In this document: positions 55,861 to 64,000 of the stretch, in pieces
Layout: the number at the start of each line of letters is the position of its first letter
Position numbering within the stretch: position 1 is the first letter of the stretch
Origin: Candidatus Falkowbacteria bacterium
GTDB taxonomy: Bacteria; Patescibacteriota; Patescibacteriia; Patescibacteriales; UBA12465
Reading direction: 5' to 3'
Assembly: GCA_016432645.1 (NCBI GenBank)
Contig: CP066698.1
Coordinates: forward strand, 581,062-645,061
Length of the DNA stretch: 64,000 bases
Program-made: the position numbers and the translations under genes
The notes under the pieces: model-generated
Told to the model about the DNA's origin: nothing
What the model saw: the letters and a program-made list of their open reading frames with translations, nothing else
Database searches by the model: none

Positions 55861-56535
55861 ATGAAATTTCAAATAATCACAATTTTCCCCGACATCTTCG
55901 CTTCTTATTTTGGCGAGAGTATTTTAAAGCGCGCGCAAGAAAAAAAAGTCATTGATTTTAAGATTCATAACCTGCGCGATTGGACAAGCGATAATCATCG
56001 GACGGTTGATGACGCTCCTTACGGCGGCGGTGCTGGTATGTTGATGAAGATAGAGCCTCTGTATAAAGCCCTAAAAGACATCAACAAAAAATCGACTAAA
56101 ATAAAACCGACTAAACGTAAAATAATTTTACTCTCGGCGTCAGGTAAAAAATGGAATCAAAAACTGGCGCAAAAATATTCTAAACTTGAAGAAGTTGTTT
56201 TTGTCTGCGGACGCTATGAAGGCGTGGACGCGAGAATAAAAAAATTTATTGACGAAGAAATTTCTATCGGCGAATATGTATTAACCGGCGGCGAATTGCC
56301 AGCCATGGTAATGATAGACTCCATTACCCGCTTGCTTCCGGGAGTACTGGGAAATAAAAATAGCGTTATCGAAGAATCACATTCTGAAGAAGGTTTGGCT
56401 GAATATCCGCAATATACCCGGCCGGAAATATTTATTACTGATAAGAAAAAGTATTCAGTGCCTAAAATATTATTATCCGGCGACCACAGAAAAATTGAGG
56501 AATGGCGCAAAAAACAGCAAAAGAAAATTAAATAA
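55861..56535 (+). CDS. trmD: tRNA (guanine37-N1)-methyltransferase
   Basis: 224 aa. MKFQIITIFPDIF, CGRYEGVDARI, ISIGEYVLTGGELPAMVMIDSITRLLPGVLG. Confidence 0.95.
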   Translation: MKFQIITIFPDIFASYFGESILKRAQEKKVIDFKIHNLRDWTSDNHRTVDDAPYGGGAGMLMKIEPLYKALKDINKKSTKIKPTKRKIILLSASGKKWNQKLAQKYSKLEEVVFVCGRYEGVDARIKKFIDEEISIGEYVLTGGELPAMVMIDSITRLLPGVLGNKNSVIEESHSEEGLAEYPQYTRPEIFITDKKKYSVPKILLSGDHRKIEEWRKKQQKKIK

Positions 56536-56571
56536 AAAAAGACGTTCGTAGAAATACGAGCGTCTTTTTTA
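56534..56571. terminator. Bidirectional intrinsic terminator
   Basis: An 11-bp stem AGACGTTCGTA / TACGAGCGTCT with a GAAA loop, flanked by A- and T-runs, between convergent genes. Confidence 0.75.
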
Positions 56572-56591
56572 AAAGAACATTTTTTCAAAAG

Positions 56592-57191
56592 TTAGATGGA
56601 TTCTAAAACCGCAAATCTGGTGCGTGGCATAAATTCTACATGCCTGTCTGCCGGCTCATTAATAATAGTCGGAATCTTTGCTTTAAGGCCAAGTTTATAA
56701 CCAACTTTATAAAACTTTCCGGGTCTAACCAACCGAAAGGCGTTATATTTGTTATGAGGCAACTCCCTGTCTTCTGGCATATTGCCCAAAACAAGTATTT
56801 CCTGACTCTCCGCCAACTCGGGATAGCACTTAGCAAAAACTAAAAATTCAAAAATAGTAGCTGGCCGATAGCTACTAGTGCCGACGACATCCAAAACTCT
56901 GAAGGCATTAGTAGTACACCCACCAAATTCAATAAATCTCATCTTAAAGCGTCGTTTAGAATTGCCAATGGTATTGGAGATACATTCTTGGGCTTCGGCA
57001 CTTTCGATTTGAAAGCCGGTGGTCGGATCAATTGAATAATCCACTTCAATTTCATACCCCTTAGCTAAATAGGAGTATTCTAGACCAACTTGAGTCGTCT
57101 GAATAACATCCAATAGGCTGATTTTATTATCTCTAATCATTTCCCTGACTGTTTGCAGGGCTTTTTCTTCAAACCTTGTCATTTTTTCCAT
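56592..57191 (-). CDS. Hypothetical protein (orphan, no recognisable motif)
   Basis: 199 aa ORF with its own terminator and an AT-rich upstream region. The composition looks like a soluble protein. Confidence 0.5.
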   Translation of the reverse strand: MEKMTRFEEKALQTVREMIRDNKISLLDVIQTTQVGLEYSYLAKGYEIEVDYSIDPTTGFQIESAEAQECISNTIGNSKRRFKMRFIEFGGCTTNAFRVLDVVGTSSYRPATIFEFLVFAKCYPELAESQEILVLGNMPEDRELPHNKYNAFRLVRPGKFYKVGYKLGLKAKIPTIINEPADRHVEFMPRTRFAVLESI

Positions 57192-57437
57192 GATACTATG
57201 TGTTTTTTTTGGTTAATATTCGATTTTTAAGGTAATAGGTAAATGTAACATTTTTAAATACCTATGTCAATGACCAGAAATCGCAATGCGAAATCTGGCT
57301 CTTTTAATTTTATTACAAGAGTGCATTTTACTAACATTAGCAAAAAATTATAAAAGTTGAATATTTGTTAAATTTTTGCTAAAATATAAAAGAATAGATA
57401 GATAATGTTGGAATAAACATCAAAAATCACCACTATA

Positions 57438-57466
57438 TTGACTTTAACGTATATTTATGGTATAGT
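57438..57466 (+). promoter_or_regulatory. Promoter of the secreted orphan gene
   Basis: TTGACT (57438-57443), 17 nt, TATAGT (57461-57466). A second candidate (TTGAAT-17-TAAAAT) lies around 57355-57385. Confidence 0.5.
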
Positions 57467-57519
57467 AATTTGATAGTAAATATCTAAATAATAACTTATT
57501 AATTTATTCTTACAAGAAT

Positions 57520-58332
57520 ATGAGTAAATTTGAAATGGGGTTTTTTAAACCCAAGGCGGCTCAAGAGCCAAAAGAAACAAAAGAAAGTAAATTTACAGGG
57601 ATTAAAAACATGGCCAAGGTTTTAAGTTTGGCTTTCCTGGGATTATCCGCCACTCATTTAGAGTCTAGCGCGCAAGGCAGACAGGAGGGTCCAAGAGCCG
57701 ATTTAGCCAGAAGCGTTCATAAAATGGCCTATGAAGTAGCCGATAAAAACCCGGACATTATAAAACATCAAGGAAGAGGACCAGAAATTAATATTGGCCA
57801 TTACAACCAAGTTACTCATGCCATGCAAGAGGTAATCGTAGGCGGCTATGATAAAATGACGTATGTAACCAGCAGTGAAGATTTTCAAGACGGACAAGTC
57901 ACTAGACACAACACAATCATTATTGATAGCAACCAAGATGGTAGTCCCGACTTATTTTTAAATCAATCAATAAAACAAGACGGGCCGACGATGGCAGTTA
58001 AAGACGTAACTCCGGGCGTCGTGGAATATGCTGATGGAACCACGCGAGGAGATATAGTCGGCGATCCATCCTTCAGAAAACAACAGTCGAAGAAGGCGGA
58101 GCAAGACGACCAGTTCAGATACCAGGTTGATGGAATCTTAAGAGATATTAACATGGATTCAAAACAAGTCACTCTGGATGACATCAAAGAATCAATCGCC
58201 AGCCAGACCAAATTTGAGGTTTCAACCATTAATGAATTGAGCCCCGATGAACAAAAAGCGGCTAATGAAGGATTTGAAAAAGTTTTAAAAAGTGCCGAGC
58301 GGGCCTTGGAAAAAATGAACCAAAAAAACTAA
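57520..58332 (+). CDS. Hypothetical secreted protein
   Basis: 270 aa. An internal Met at 57610 begins MAKVLSLAFLGLSATHLESSAQG, a good signal peptide, so the true start may be 57610. No recognisable domain. Confidence 0.55.
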   Translation: MSKFEMGFFKPKAAQEPKETKESKFTGIKNMAKVLSLAFLGLSATHLESSAQGRQEGPRADLARSVHKMAYEVADKNPDIIKHQGRGPEINIGHYNQVTHAMQEVIVGGYDKMTYVTSSEDFQDGQVTRHNTIIIDSNQDGSPDLFLNQSIKQDGPTMAVKDVTPGVVEYADGTTRGDIVGDPSFRKQQSKKAEQDDQFRYQVDGILRDINMDSKQVTLDDIKESIASQTKFEVSTINELSPDEQKAANEGFEKVLKSAERALEKMNQKN

Positions 58333-58344
58333 CATAAGACCTAA

Positions 58345-58373
58345 CAAAAAAACCGGAGCAATCCGGTTTTTTT
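58345..58373. terminator. Bidirectional intrinsic terminator
   Basis: AAAAAAACCGGA-gcaa-TCCGGTTTTTTT between convergent genes. Confidence 0.75.
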
Positions 58374-59394
58374 ATTTAACCACTTTCCACCCGTTTTCCG
58401 TTTCCTCCAAATGACCATCTTGAATAAACCCGGCGGCCCGTTTATGGCCACCGCCACCAAATTTTTGCGCCAATTTAGCAACGTCAATCTCATCCGAGTT
58501 AGTTCTAAAACTTCCCTTCACGCGTCCATTTTCCTCGCGTAAAAATAAAGCTAATTTAGCGCCTGATAAATAACTCATAAATGAAGCGATGTCTCCATAC
58601 ACTTCCGCGACGCTATTTTTTTCTTCAGGCTTTAACAGTTCCGAAAAATCTTGGGACGTTAAGGCGGAGCAAACCAAACCAGTCTCTTGATTAAACTTTA
58701 TTTTTTCAAGCGCTCGCCCCCAAACTTTAAGCGCGGCCAGCGTTCCGGCACCGCGAACCCGTTCGCTAATTTTATTCAAGGAAGCGCCGCGCAGAAGCAT
58801 ATCAGATGAAGCGGCCATCACTTCAAAAGAAGAATTAGCGTGTAAAAAATTACCAGTATCCGCCATCAGCCCGATTAAAATACAATCGGCAATCGCCTTA
58901 TTCATCTCTAACTGATTAGCCTCAAAAAAATCATAAATTATTTCCGTCGTGGAAGCCTTACTAGGAATCCGCAGTTCTAAATCAGCAAAACTTTCTAGAA
59001 CTTCGTGGTGGTCGAATTCAATAATATAAGGAGTGGCCCTGGTTTGATTGGCTTCTGAGTCGCTAGACCGCGCCGCCAAAATAGCTCGTAATTCCGGTTC
59101 TAAACTAGTGCGAGAAATAGCGCCACAATCTAAAATCAAAATCACAGAAAAATCAGCCAAACGCCTTGGCTTTTCAGTCGTGATTAAATCTTCATTAGGG
59201 ATATAACTATAAATTTCCGCCAGCTTATTATCCGCATAGCCCAAACTCGGTATCTGCAAATTTTTTAAGAGCTCCAACATCGCCCCTATGGAAGCAAGCG
59301 CGTCCGGATCAGGCGAAACATGCCCCACCACTAAAACCGAAGCGGCACTTTTTATTTTTTCCCAAGCTAATTTTAACTTTTCTTGATTTTCCAT
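58372..59394 (-). CDS. nrnA: DHH/DHHA1 phosphoesterase (NrnA-like nanoRNase / pAp phosphatase)
   Basis: 340 aa. GHVSPDPDALAS, EFDHH, and the C-terminal GGGGHKRAAG (DHHA1). Confidence 0.8.
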   Translation of the reverse strand: MENQEKLKLAWEKIKSAASVLVVGHVSPDPDALASIGAMLELLKNLQIPSLGYADNKLAEIYSYIPNEDLITTEKPRRLADFSVILILDCGAISRTSLEPELRAILAARSSDSEANQTRATPYIIEFDHHEVLESFADLELRIPSKASTTEIIYDFFEANQLEMNKAIADCILIGLMADTGNFLHANSSFEVMAASSDMLLRGASLNKISERVRGAGTLAALKVWGRALEKIKFNQETGLVCSALTSQDFSELLKPEEKNSVAEVYGDIASFMSYLSGAKLALFLREENGRVKGSFRTNSDEIDVAKLAQKFGGGGHKRAAGFIQDGHLEETENGWKVVK

Positions 59395-59455
59395 AATCTA
59401 GAATTCTATTATAAATATTAGAAAAAGTCCAGCCTCTATTTATTCCGAGAAACAA

Positions 59456-59480
59456 TAAAAACCCGGCAAACACCGGGTTT
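59456..59480 (-). terminator. Intrinsic terminator after rbfA
   Basis: Minus strand CCCGG-tgtttg-CCGGG followed by TTTTTATT. Confidence 0.5.
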
Positions 59481-59503
59481 AAAACGCATATTTAAACTGT
59501 AAT

Positions 59504-59836
59504 TTATTCCTGATTAGCCACCTTAATCAGTTCTTCGATCTTGCTCGCTTCACGCTCCGTAGCATCAAACTCCCAAGTAATTTTCGGTATTTTGCGCAGT
59601 TTCGTACGCTTGCGCAGGACGGCTACTAATTCAGAAGTGCTGGCTTCTAATTTACGCATCGCGGTGCCGGCCAGCTTATCAGGCAGAACCGAAAAACCAA
59701 TTCTGGCTGTCTTTAAATCCGGCGAGCACTGAACATAAGTAATCGTAATTAGAGAGTCTTCAATCCTCACCTCGCGATTTATGGCCATGGCCACTTCTTC
59801 CAATATTAAATCATTAATTCGGTCAACGCTTGCCAT
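59504..59836 (-). CDS. rbfA: Ribosome-binding factor A
   Basis: 110 aa. RINDLILEEVAMAINREV ... ITITYVQCSPDLKTARIGFSV is a typical RbfA. It lies directly downstream of infB. Confidence 0.85.
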   Translation of the reverse strand: MASVDRINDLILEEVAMAINREVRIEDSLITITYVQCSPDLKTARIGFSVLPDKLAGTAMRKLEASTSELVAVLRKRTKLRKIPKITWEFDATEREASKIEELIKVANQE

Positions 59837-59837
59837 A

Positions 59838-61811
59838 TTAAATAGTGCCGGTTATTCTCTCTTCAATATAAGCTACTAAAATATCACCTTCTTCAATTAT
59901 CGGCTTGCCTTCAAAACGCAAACCCGCTTCCTGATCTTTTTCTACTTCCTTAACGTCTTGTTTACCAGATTGCAAACGGCTAATACTGCCAGCGACAATA
60001 AAATTATCGCCGCGATAGACTTCTATCAAACAATTGTTTTGCAAAACACCATCTAAAACTTTACCGCCGACAATCTGGCTGGCATTTTCCGTTCTAAAAA
60101 TCGCAAGTACTTTAAGGCGGCCTAAATTAACGCGATTAATTTCCGGCTTAACGAGCAGCTGCATTTCATCTTTAACGTATTTTATCAAATCGTAAATAAT
60201 GGAAAAAACTTTAACAGTTACTTGCTTTTCGCGCACTAAATTTTCGGTAACTGGCGACATGCGGACATTAAAACCTAAAATCTTAGCACCGGAGTCTTCC
60301 GCTCGTTTCACATCGCCTTCGGTAATATAACCTAAACCCTTAGAAATTATTTTCACTTTTACCTTTTCACCGTTTAATTTCAACAATGATTCCTCAATCG
60401 CTTCCGCCGAACCCAAAAAATCAGTCTTAATAATCACATTTACTTTTGGACACTTATCTTCAACATTATCATCGGAAACAGTCGGCGCAATTTCGTTATG
60501 GCCGGAAGCAGTTTTAATTTTTTTGACTCTTACCTTTTCCCCCAAGCCAACATTTAAAATATCGCCCACGGCCGGAGAAATTTTCAAGCCTAAAATTTTT
60601 GCGGGAGTGGAAGGTCCAACTTCCGCTACATCTTCGCCTTTATAATTTTTTAAAGCTTTAACTTTGCCATAAATGACCTCATTAAAACAAAGCTGGTCGC
60701 CAACATGCAAAGTCCCGTTCTGAACTAAAATTGTAGCTAGTGGTCCGGCCGCTTTATCAACATTAGATTCTACCACGGTTCCGGCGGCATCAGCATTCGG
60801 ATTGGCTTTTAAGTTAGAGGATTCGGTCGCCGCTACGAGCAAAACCATATCCAAAAGATCTTCGATTCCGGTTCCCTCTTTAGCGGAAATTGGCGCGCAA
60901 ATAATTTTTCCACCCCAATCTTCCGGAGTTATATTTAATTGAGTCGCTAATTCCTGCTTAGTTTTATTAACATCGGCTGTCGGTTTATCAATTTTATTAA
61001 TCGCGACAATATAAGGAATTTTAGCGGCCTCAATAATTCTAAAAGCTTCGGTTGTTTGCGGTTTAACCCCATCATCAGCAGCAACTACTAAAATCGCAAT
61101 ATCCGCGACCTTAGCGCCACGGCTCCGCATAGCGGTAAAAGCTTCATGTCCCGGAGTATCAATAAAGGTAATCATCTGGCCTTTGCGGTTAATCTGGTAA
61201 GCGCCGATATGCTGAGTAATGCCACCCGCTTCCCCGGCAACCACATCAGTTTGGCGGATAGAGTCTAAAAGTTTAGTTTTTCCGTGATCAACATGACCCA
61301 TAACGACAATCACTGGCGGTCTTTCTCTCAAATCGCCCTCTTCTTCTTTAGCTAAAATGGCTTCCAACTTTTTATCTTCCTTATCATCCTCCTCAACTTT
61401 TGATTCAGCCAATTGGACATCCAGATTCAAATTTTCACCAATAATCATAGCGGTATCAAAATCAATCTTTTCGTTTATTGAGGTAAAAACACCATTTTTC
61501 ATCAATTCCGCTAAAACTCGATTAACCGGGATGCCAGCTAATTCTGCATAATTACGTACAGCTAGTACTCTAGGAACAAAAATTGTCTTTTTTTCTTTCG
61601 GCAAAACCTCGTCTTGCTTTTTAATCGCTGCTGCCAGTTTCTTTTGCTCCCATTCGCGGCGTAAAAATGGCCAATCTTTCATTATTTTCTTAGCCGTATT
61701 ATTATCAACCTTAATCGCCTTCTGACCAATGGCAAAACCGAGTTCCGGCAACATATCGCGCAACTCTTGGGGGCTGATTCTTAAGATTCTCGCTAACTCG
61801 GTAATATTCAT
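59838..61811 (-). CDS. infB: Translation initiation factor IF-2
   Basis: 657 aa. GTPase motifs [22 protein letters not shown] and NKIDK, plus the C-terminal IF2 domains. Confidence 0.95.
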   Translation of the reverse strand: MNITELARILRISPQELRDMLPELGFAIGQKAIKVDNNTAKKIMKDWPFLRREWEQKKLAAAIKKQDEVLPKEKKTIFVPRVLAVRNYAELAGIPVNRVLAELMKNGVFTSINEKIDFDTAMIIGENLNLDVQLAESKVEEDDKEDKKLEAILAKEEEGDLRERPPVIVVMGHVDHGKTKLLDSIRQTDVVAGEAGGITQHIGAYQINRKGQMITFIDTPGHEAFTAMRSRGAKVADIAILVVAADDGVKPQTTEAFRIIEAAKIPYIVAINKIDKPTADVNKTKQELATQLNITPEDWGGKIICAPISAKEGTGIEDLLDMVLLVAATESSNLKANPNADAAGTVVESNVDKAAGPLATILVQNGTLHVGDQLCFNEVIYGKVKALKNYKGEDVAEVGPSTPAKILGLKISPAVGDILNVGLGEKVRVKKIKTASGHNEIAPTVSDDNVEDKCPKVNVIIKTDFLGSAEAIEESLLKLNGEKVKVKIISKGLGYITEGDVKRAEDSGAKILGFNVRMSPVTENLVREKQVTVKVFSIIYDLIKYVKDEMQLLVKPEINRVNLGRLKVLAIFRTENASQIVGGKVLDGVLQNNCLIEVYRGDNFIVAGSISRLQSGKQDVKEVEKDQEAGLRFEGKPIIEEGDILVAYIEERITGTI

Positions 61812-61858
61812 GTGATAAAATCAAAAAATTTATAAAATAAAGCACATCTTGTGTTTAA

Positions 61859-61887
61859 ATATTACTTTAATTTTCGCTTTAAGTCAA
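61859..61887 (-). promoter_or_regulatory. Promoter of infB
   Basis: Minus strand TTGACT (61887-61882), 17 nt, TAATAT (61864-61859), about 45 nt upstream of the ATG at 61811. Confidence 0.5.
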
Positions 61888-62195
61888 CCGAAGTCGAACC
61901 CCTTTTTCGGCTTTACAAAGCTCGAAAGACGTGCTAAAGTAAGCTTAGATAAATTAATAATCCTGTTTTTTAGAACCGCTGAGGAAAGAAAAGACGAAAA
62001 ACACCTTAGACAAAATTATTTTCGAAGATTAAAAGTTATGCCCCTTACTAGCATTTCGCTGAAATTAGCAAAAAACTTAAAAAAATTTAACACCATCTTC
62101 TAAAATAGCGCTTCTTGAAGCGTTTGTTGTCGCATTGAAAAACTTAATATTTGTCTTGTTTGCCGCCTCAGCTCTCTAGAATACAGCCAAATCAT

Positions 62196-63719
62196 ATGGA
62201 ATTTTTAAACTATGCCCTGTATCTCGTTTTGGCTGTCGGCGGTTTTTTTATTGGCTATATCTTCTTCAAAAAGTCGGCTGATGCTAAAATTAGCAGCGCC
62301 GGCGAGAAGGCCGATAAAATTGTCAACGAAGCCAAAATGAAAGAAAAAGAGCTGCTCCTCAAAGCTCAAGACAAAGCCTTAAACATTATTGAGGAATCCA
62401 AGCAAGAAGAAAGCCGCCGACGCAATGAAATCAACCAGTTGCAAAAACGTCTAGAACAGCGGGAAAACTCTTTTTCCCAAAAACTGCTTGATTTGCAAGA
62501 GAAACAACAAAAATTATACGACAAAGTAAACGAAGTTCAGGAGATTAAAGAAAAAATCAAAGGCATCCAAGAGCAGCAATCCGCTAAACTAGAAGAAATC
62601 TCGGGCATGAAGCGTGAGGAAGCCAAGGATATTCTACTTAAAGCCGAGGAAGAAAAATGCGCCGAGGATTTAATGGTCAGAGTGAACAAGCTGGAACAAG
62701 ACAACCAAGATAAAATTGATGAAAAGGCTAAAGATATGCTGGCCCTAGCCATGCAGAGAATGGTCTCTTCTTATACTGTTGAATTAACAACTACTACCAT
62801 TGATTTGCCAAACGATGAAATGAAAGGCCGTATTATCGGTCGTGAAGGCCGCAACATTAAAGCGATTGAAAGCATGACCGGCGTGGAAATTATTGTTGAT
62901 GATACGCCTAACGCAATTACCGTTTCCGGCTTCTCCCTTATCCGCCGCCATATCGCTAAAAAAACTTTAGACTATTTAATAAAAGACGGCCGTATTCACC
63001 CGACTAAAATTGAGGAAGCGGTTGAAAATGCTAAGAAAGATATTGCTGTTGATATTAAAAAAGCTGGCGAAGAAGCAATGTATGAAGTCGGAATCACCGG
63101 CTTTGATCCTAAATTAGTCTCCATTTTAGGCCGCTTAAAATACCGCACTAGTTATGGCCAAAACGCTTTGCGCCACTCCATTGAAGTGGCTCACTTAGCC
63201 GCTATGCTGGCTGAAGAATTAGGTGCTGATGTCACTTTAGCTAAGAAGGGGGGCTTACTCCATGATATTGGTAAAGCGGTTGACCACGAAGTTCAAGGCA
63301 ATCACACTGAAATTGGCCGTGATATTGCCAAGAAGTTTAACTTGCCGCCGGAAATAATCGCCCCGATTGAAACTCATCACGAAGACCACCCAGCTACTCT
63401 TATCTCTGTTATTGTTAAAGTGGCCGATGCGATTTCTTCCGCTCGTCCTGGCGCCAGAAGCGACAGCTTTGAGAACTACATTCAACGCCTAGAGGAGCTG
63501 GAAAAGATTGCCATGAGCTTTGAAGGGATTGAAAAATCCTTTGCTATCCAAGCCGGACGCGAAGTTAGAGTATTTGTCCAGCCAGAAATGGTAAATGACC
63601 TTAAGGCTCATAATTTAGCTAGGGATATTGCAAAAAAGATAGAAAATGAGTTAAAATACCCAGGGGAGATAAAAGTGAACGTTATTCGCGAAATGAGGGT
63701 CACAGAATACGCTAGATAA
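62196..63719 (+). CDS. rny: Ribonuclease Y
   Basis: N-terminal TM helix (MEFLNYALYLVLAVGGFFIGYIFF), coiled coil, KH (GRIIGREGRNIKAIE), and HD domain (LLHDIGKA). ATG 62196 is preferred over the TTG track start at 62151. Confidence 0.9.
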   Translation: MEFLNYALYLVLAVGGFFIGYIFFKKSADAKISSAGEKADKIVNEAKMKEKELLLKAQDKALNIIEESKQEESRRRNEINQLQKRLEQRENSFSQKLLDLQEKQQKLYDKVNEVQEIKEKIKGIQEQQSAKLEEISGMKREEAKDILLKAEEEKCAEDLMVRVNKLEQDNQDKIDEKAKDMLALAMQRMVSSYTVELTTTTIDLPNDEMKGRIIGREGRNIKAIESMTGVEIIVDDTPNAITVSGFSLIRRHIAKKTLDYLIKDGRIHPTKIEEAVENAKKDIAVDIKKAGEEAMYEVGITGFDPKLVSILGRLKYRTSYGQNALRHSIEVAHLAAMLAEELGADVTLAKKGGLLHDIGKAVDHEVQGNHTEIGRDIAKKFNLPPEIIAPIETHHEDHPATLISVIVKVADAISSARPGARSDSFENYIQRLEELEKIAMSFEGIEKSFAIQAGREVRVFVQPEMVNDLKAHNLARDIAKKIENELKYPGEIKVNVIREMRVTEYAR

Positions 63720-63776
63720 GCCGCCTCAAATCGATAACTTGCTTAATCAAACATAAAAAGCTAATATCATAATTAT

Positions 63777-64000
63777 ATGAACAAAGCACAACTCATCGAC
63801 AAAATTTATCATGATGTCGAGGGCTTGAATAAAAAGCAAGCCGAAAAAATGATTGATGTCTTTACCGACGCTGTCATTGAAGAGTTAAAAAATGACCGTG
63901 AGGTCACCATTGCTGGCTTTGGGACTTTTTTGGCTCGCGTGCGCTATGCCCGCGGCGGCGTAAATCCGCAAAAGCCAAATGAGCGGATAACCATTCCGGA
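63777..64000 (+). CDS. hup: DNA-binding protein HU (3' end beyond the window)
   Basis: MNKAQLIDKIYHDVEGLNKKQAEKMIDVFTDAVIEELKNDREVTIAGFGTFLARVRYARGGVNPQKPNERITIP is the HU/IHF fold signature. It is truncated by the right edge of the window. Confidence 0.85.
   Translation, partial: MNKAQLIDKIYHDVEGLNKKQAEKMIDVFTDAVIEELKNDREVTIAGFGTFLARVRYARGGVNPQKPNERITIP

Noticed and set aside
62052-62060. A fourth copy of the nonamer AGCGAAATG (minus strand).
   Set aside because: About one chance occurrence of a 9-mer is expected in 128 kb of two-strand sequence, and the flanks share no similarity with the three clustered copies at 39.8-40.0 kb.
61849-62103. An 84-aa plus-strand ORF between infB and rny.
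   Set aside because: It has a non-ATG start, overlaps the infB promoter region, has a basic low-complexity translation, and has no ribosome-binding site.
62151-62195. The TTG start for rny given by the track.
   Set aside because: The ATG at 62196 begins directly with the RNase Y N-terminal membrane helix (MEFLNYALYLVLAVGG). The 15 upstream codons look like leader sequence.
1-64000. An alternative genetic code (for example UGA as a sense codon, as in some CPR lineages), CRISPR arrays, rRNA genes, transposases or integrases, and prophage blocks.
   Set aside because: Long conserved ORFs terminate normally with TAA, TAG and TGA under the standard code (for example ruvC ends in TGA). No direct-repeat/spacer array, rRNA signature or transposase-like ORF is visible anywhere in the window.

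Overview
This 64 kb window is a tightly packed, low-GC bacterial chromosome segment (about 40% GC by eye) that uses the standard genetic code. The gene content looks like a reduced Patescibacteria/CPR-type genome. Evidence for that includes an ADP-forming acetyl-CoA synthetase, compact rpoB/rpoC, ribosomal proteins with charged tails, Mur ligases with hydrophobic N-termini, many small membrane ORFs, and an rpsP-trmD cluster lacking rimM and rplS. That taxonomic reading is an inference.

I support about 50 CDS:
- Replication, repair and translation factors: recJ (partial), lepA, ftsK, ruvC, yebC, polA, holA, infB, rbfA, rny, hup (partial).
- Envelope: murJ, a GT-C/TPR plus GT2 pair, murE-like, ddl, murF, murD, murI, and a LysM-M23 peptidase.
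- Transcription: rpoC, rpoB.
- Carbon metabolism: acd, glgA, a GH57 enzyme, a kinase, a pyruvyl transferase, gpmA, purB.
- An RNA-metabolism block: rpsT, rpsO, a NYN-domain gene, pnp, rpsP, a KH protein, trmD, nrnA.

I also call five tRNAs and many near-consensus TTGACA-17-TATAAT promoters and intrinsic terminators. I saw no rRNA, CRISPR array, transposase or prophage.

The most interesting signals are:
1. A tRNA array at 48.5-50.0 kb. In it, tRNA-Phe(GAA) is split after U33 by a 253-nt ORF-less group I intron, with P1, P10 and the core helices traceable by hand. It is followed by a free-standing HTH plus LAGLIDADG-like ORF whose stop codon directly abuts tRNA-Pro.
2. A 1.35 kb gene-poor island at 39.6-40.9 kb. 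It consists of three tandem promoter-to-terminator units, two of which look like diverged duplicates, and it carries hairpin-rich candidate ncRNAs.
3. A LysM-M23 gene with a 121-codon stop-free N-terminal extension that has no canonical start codon.
4. An FkbH-like HAD, GNAT-like and methyltransferase fusion with its own consensus promoter.

Every call comes from reading the sequence and translations by hand. No database search was run.
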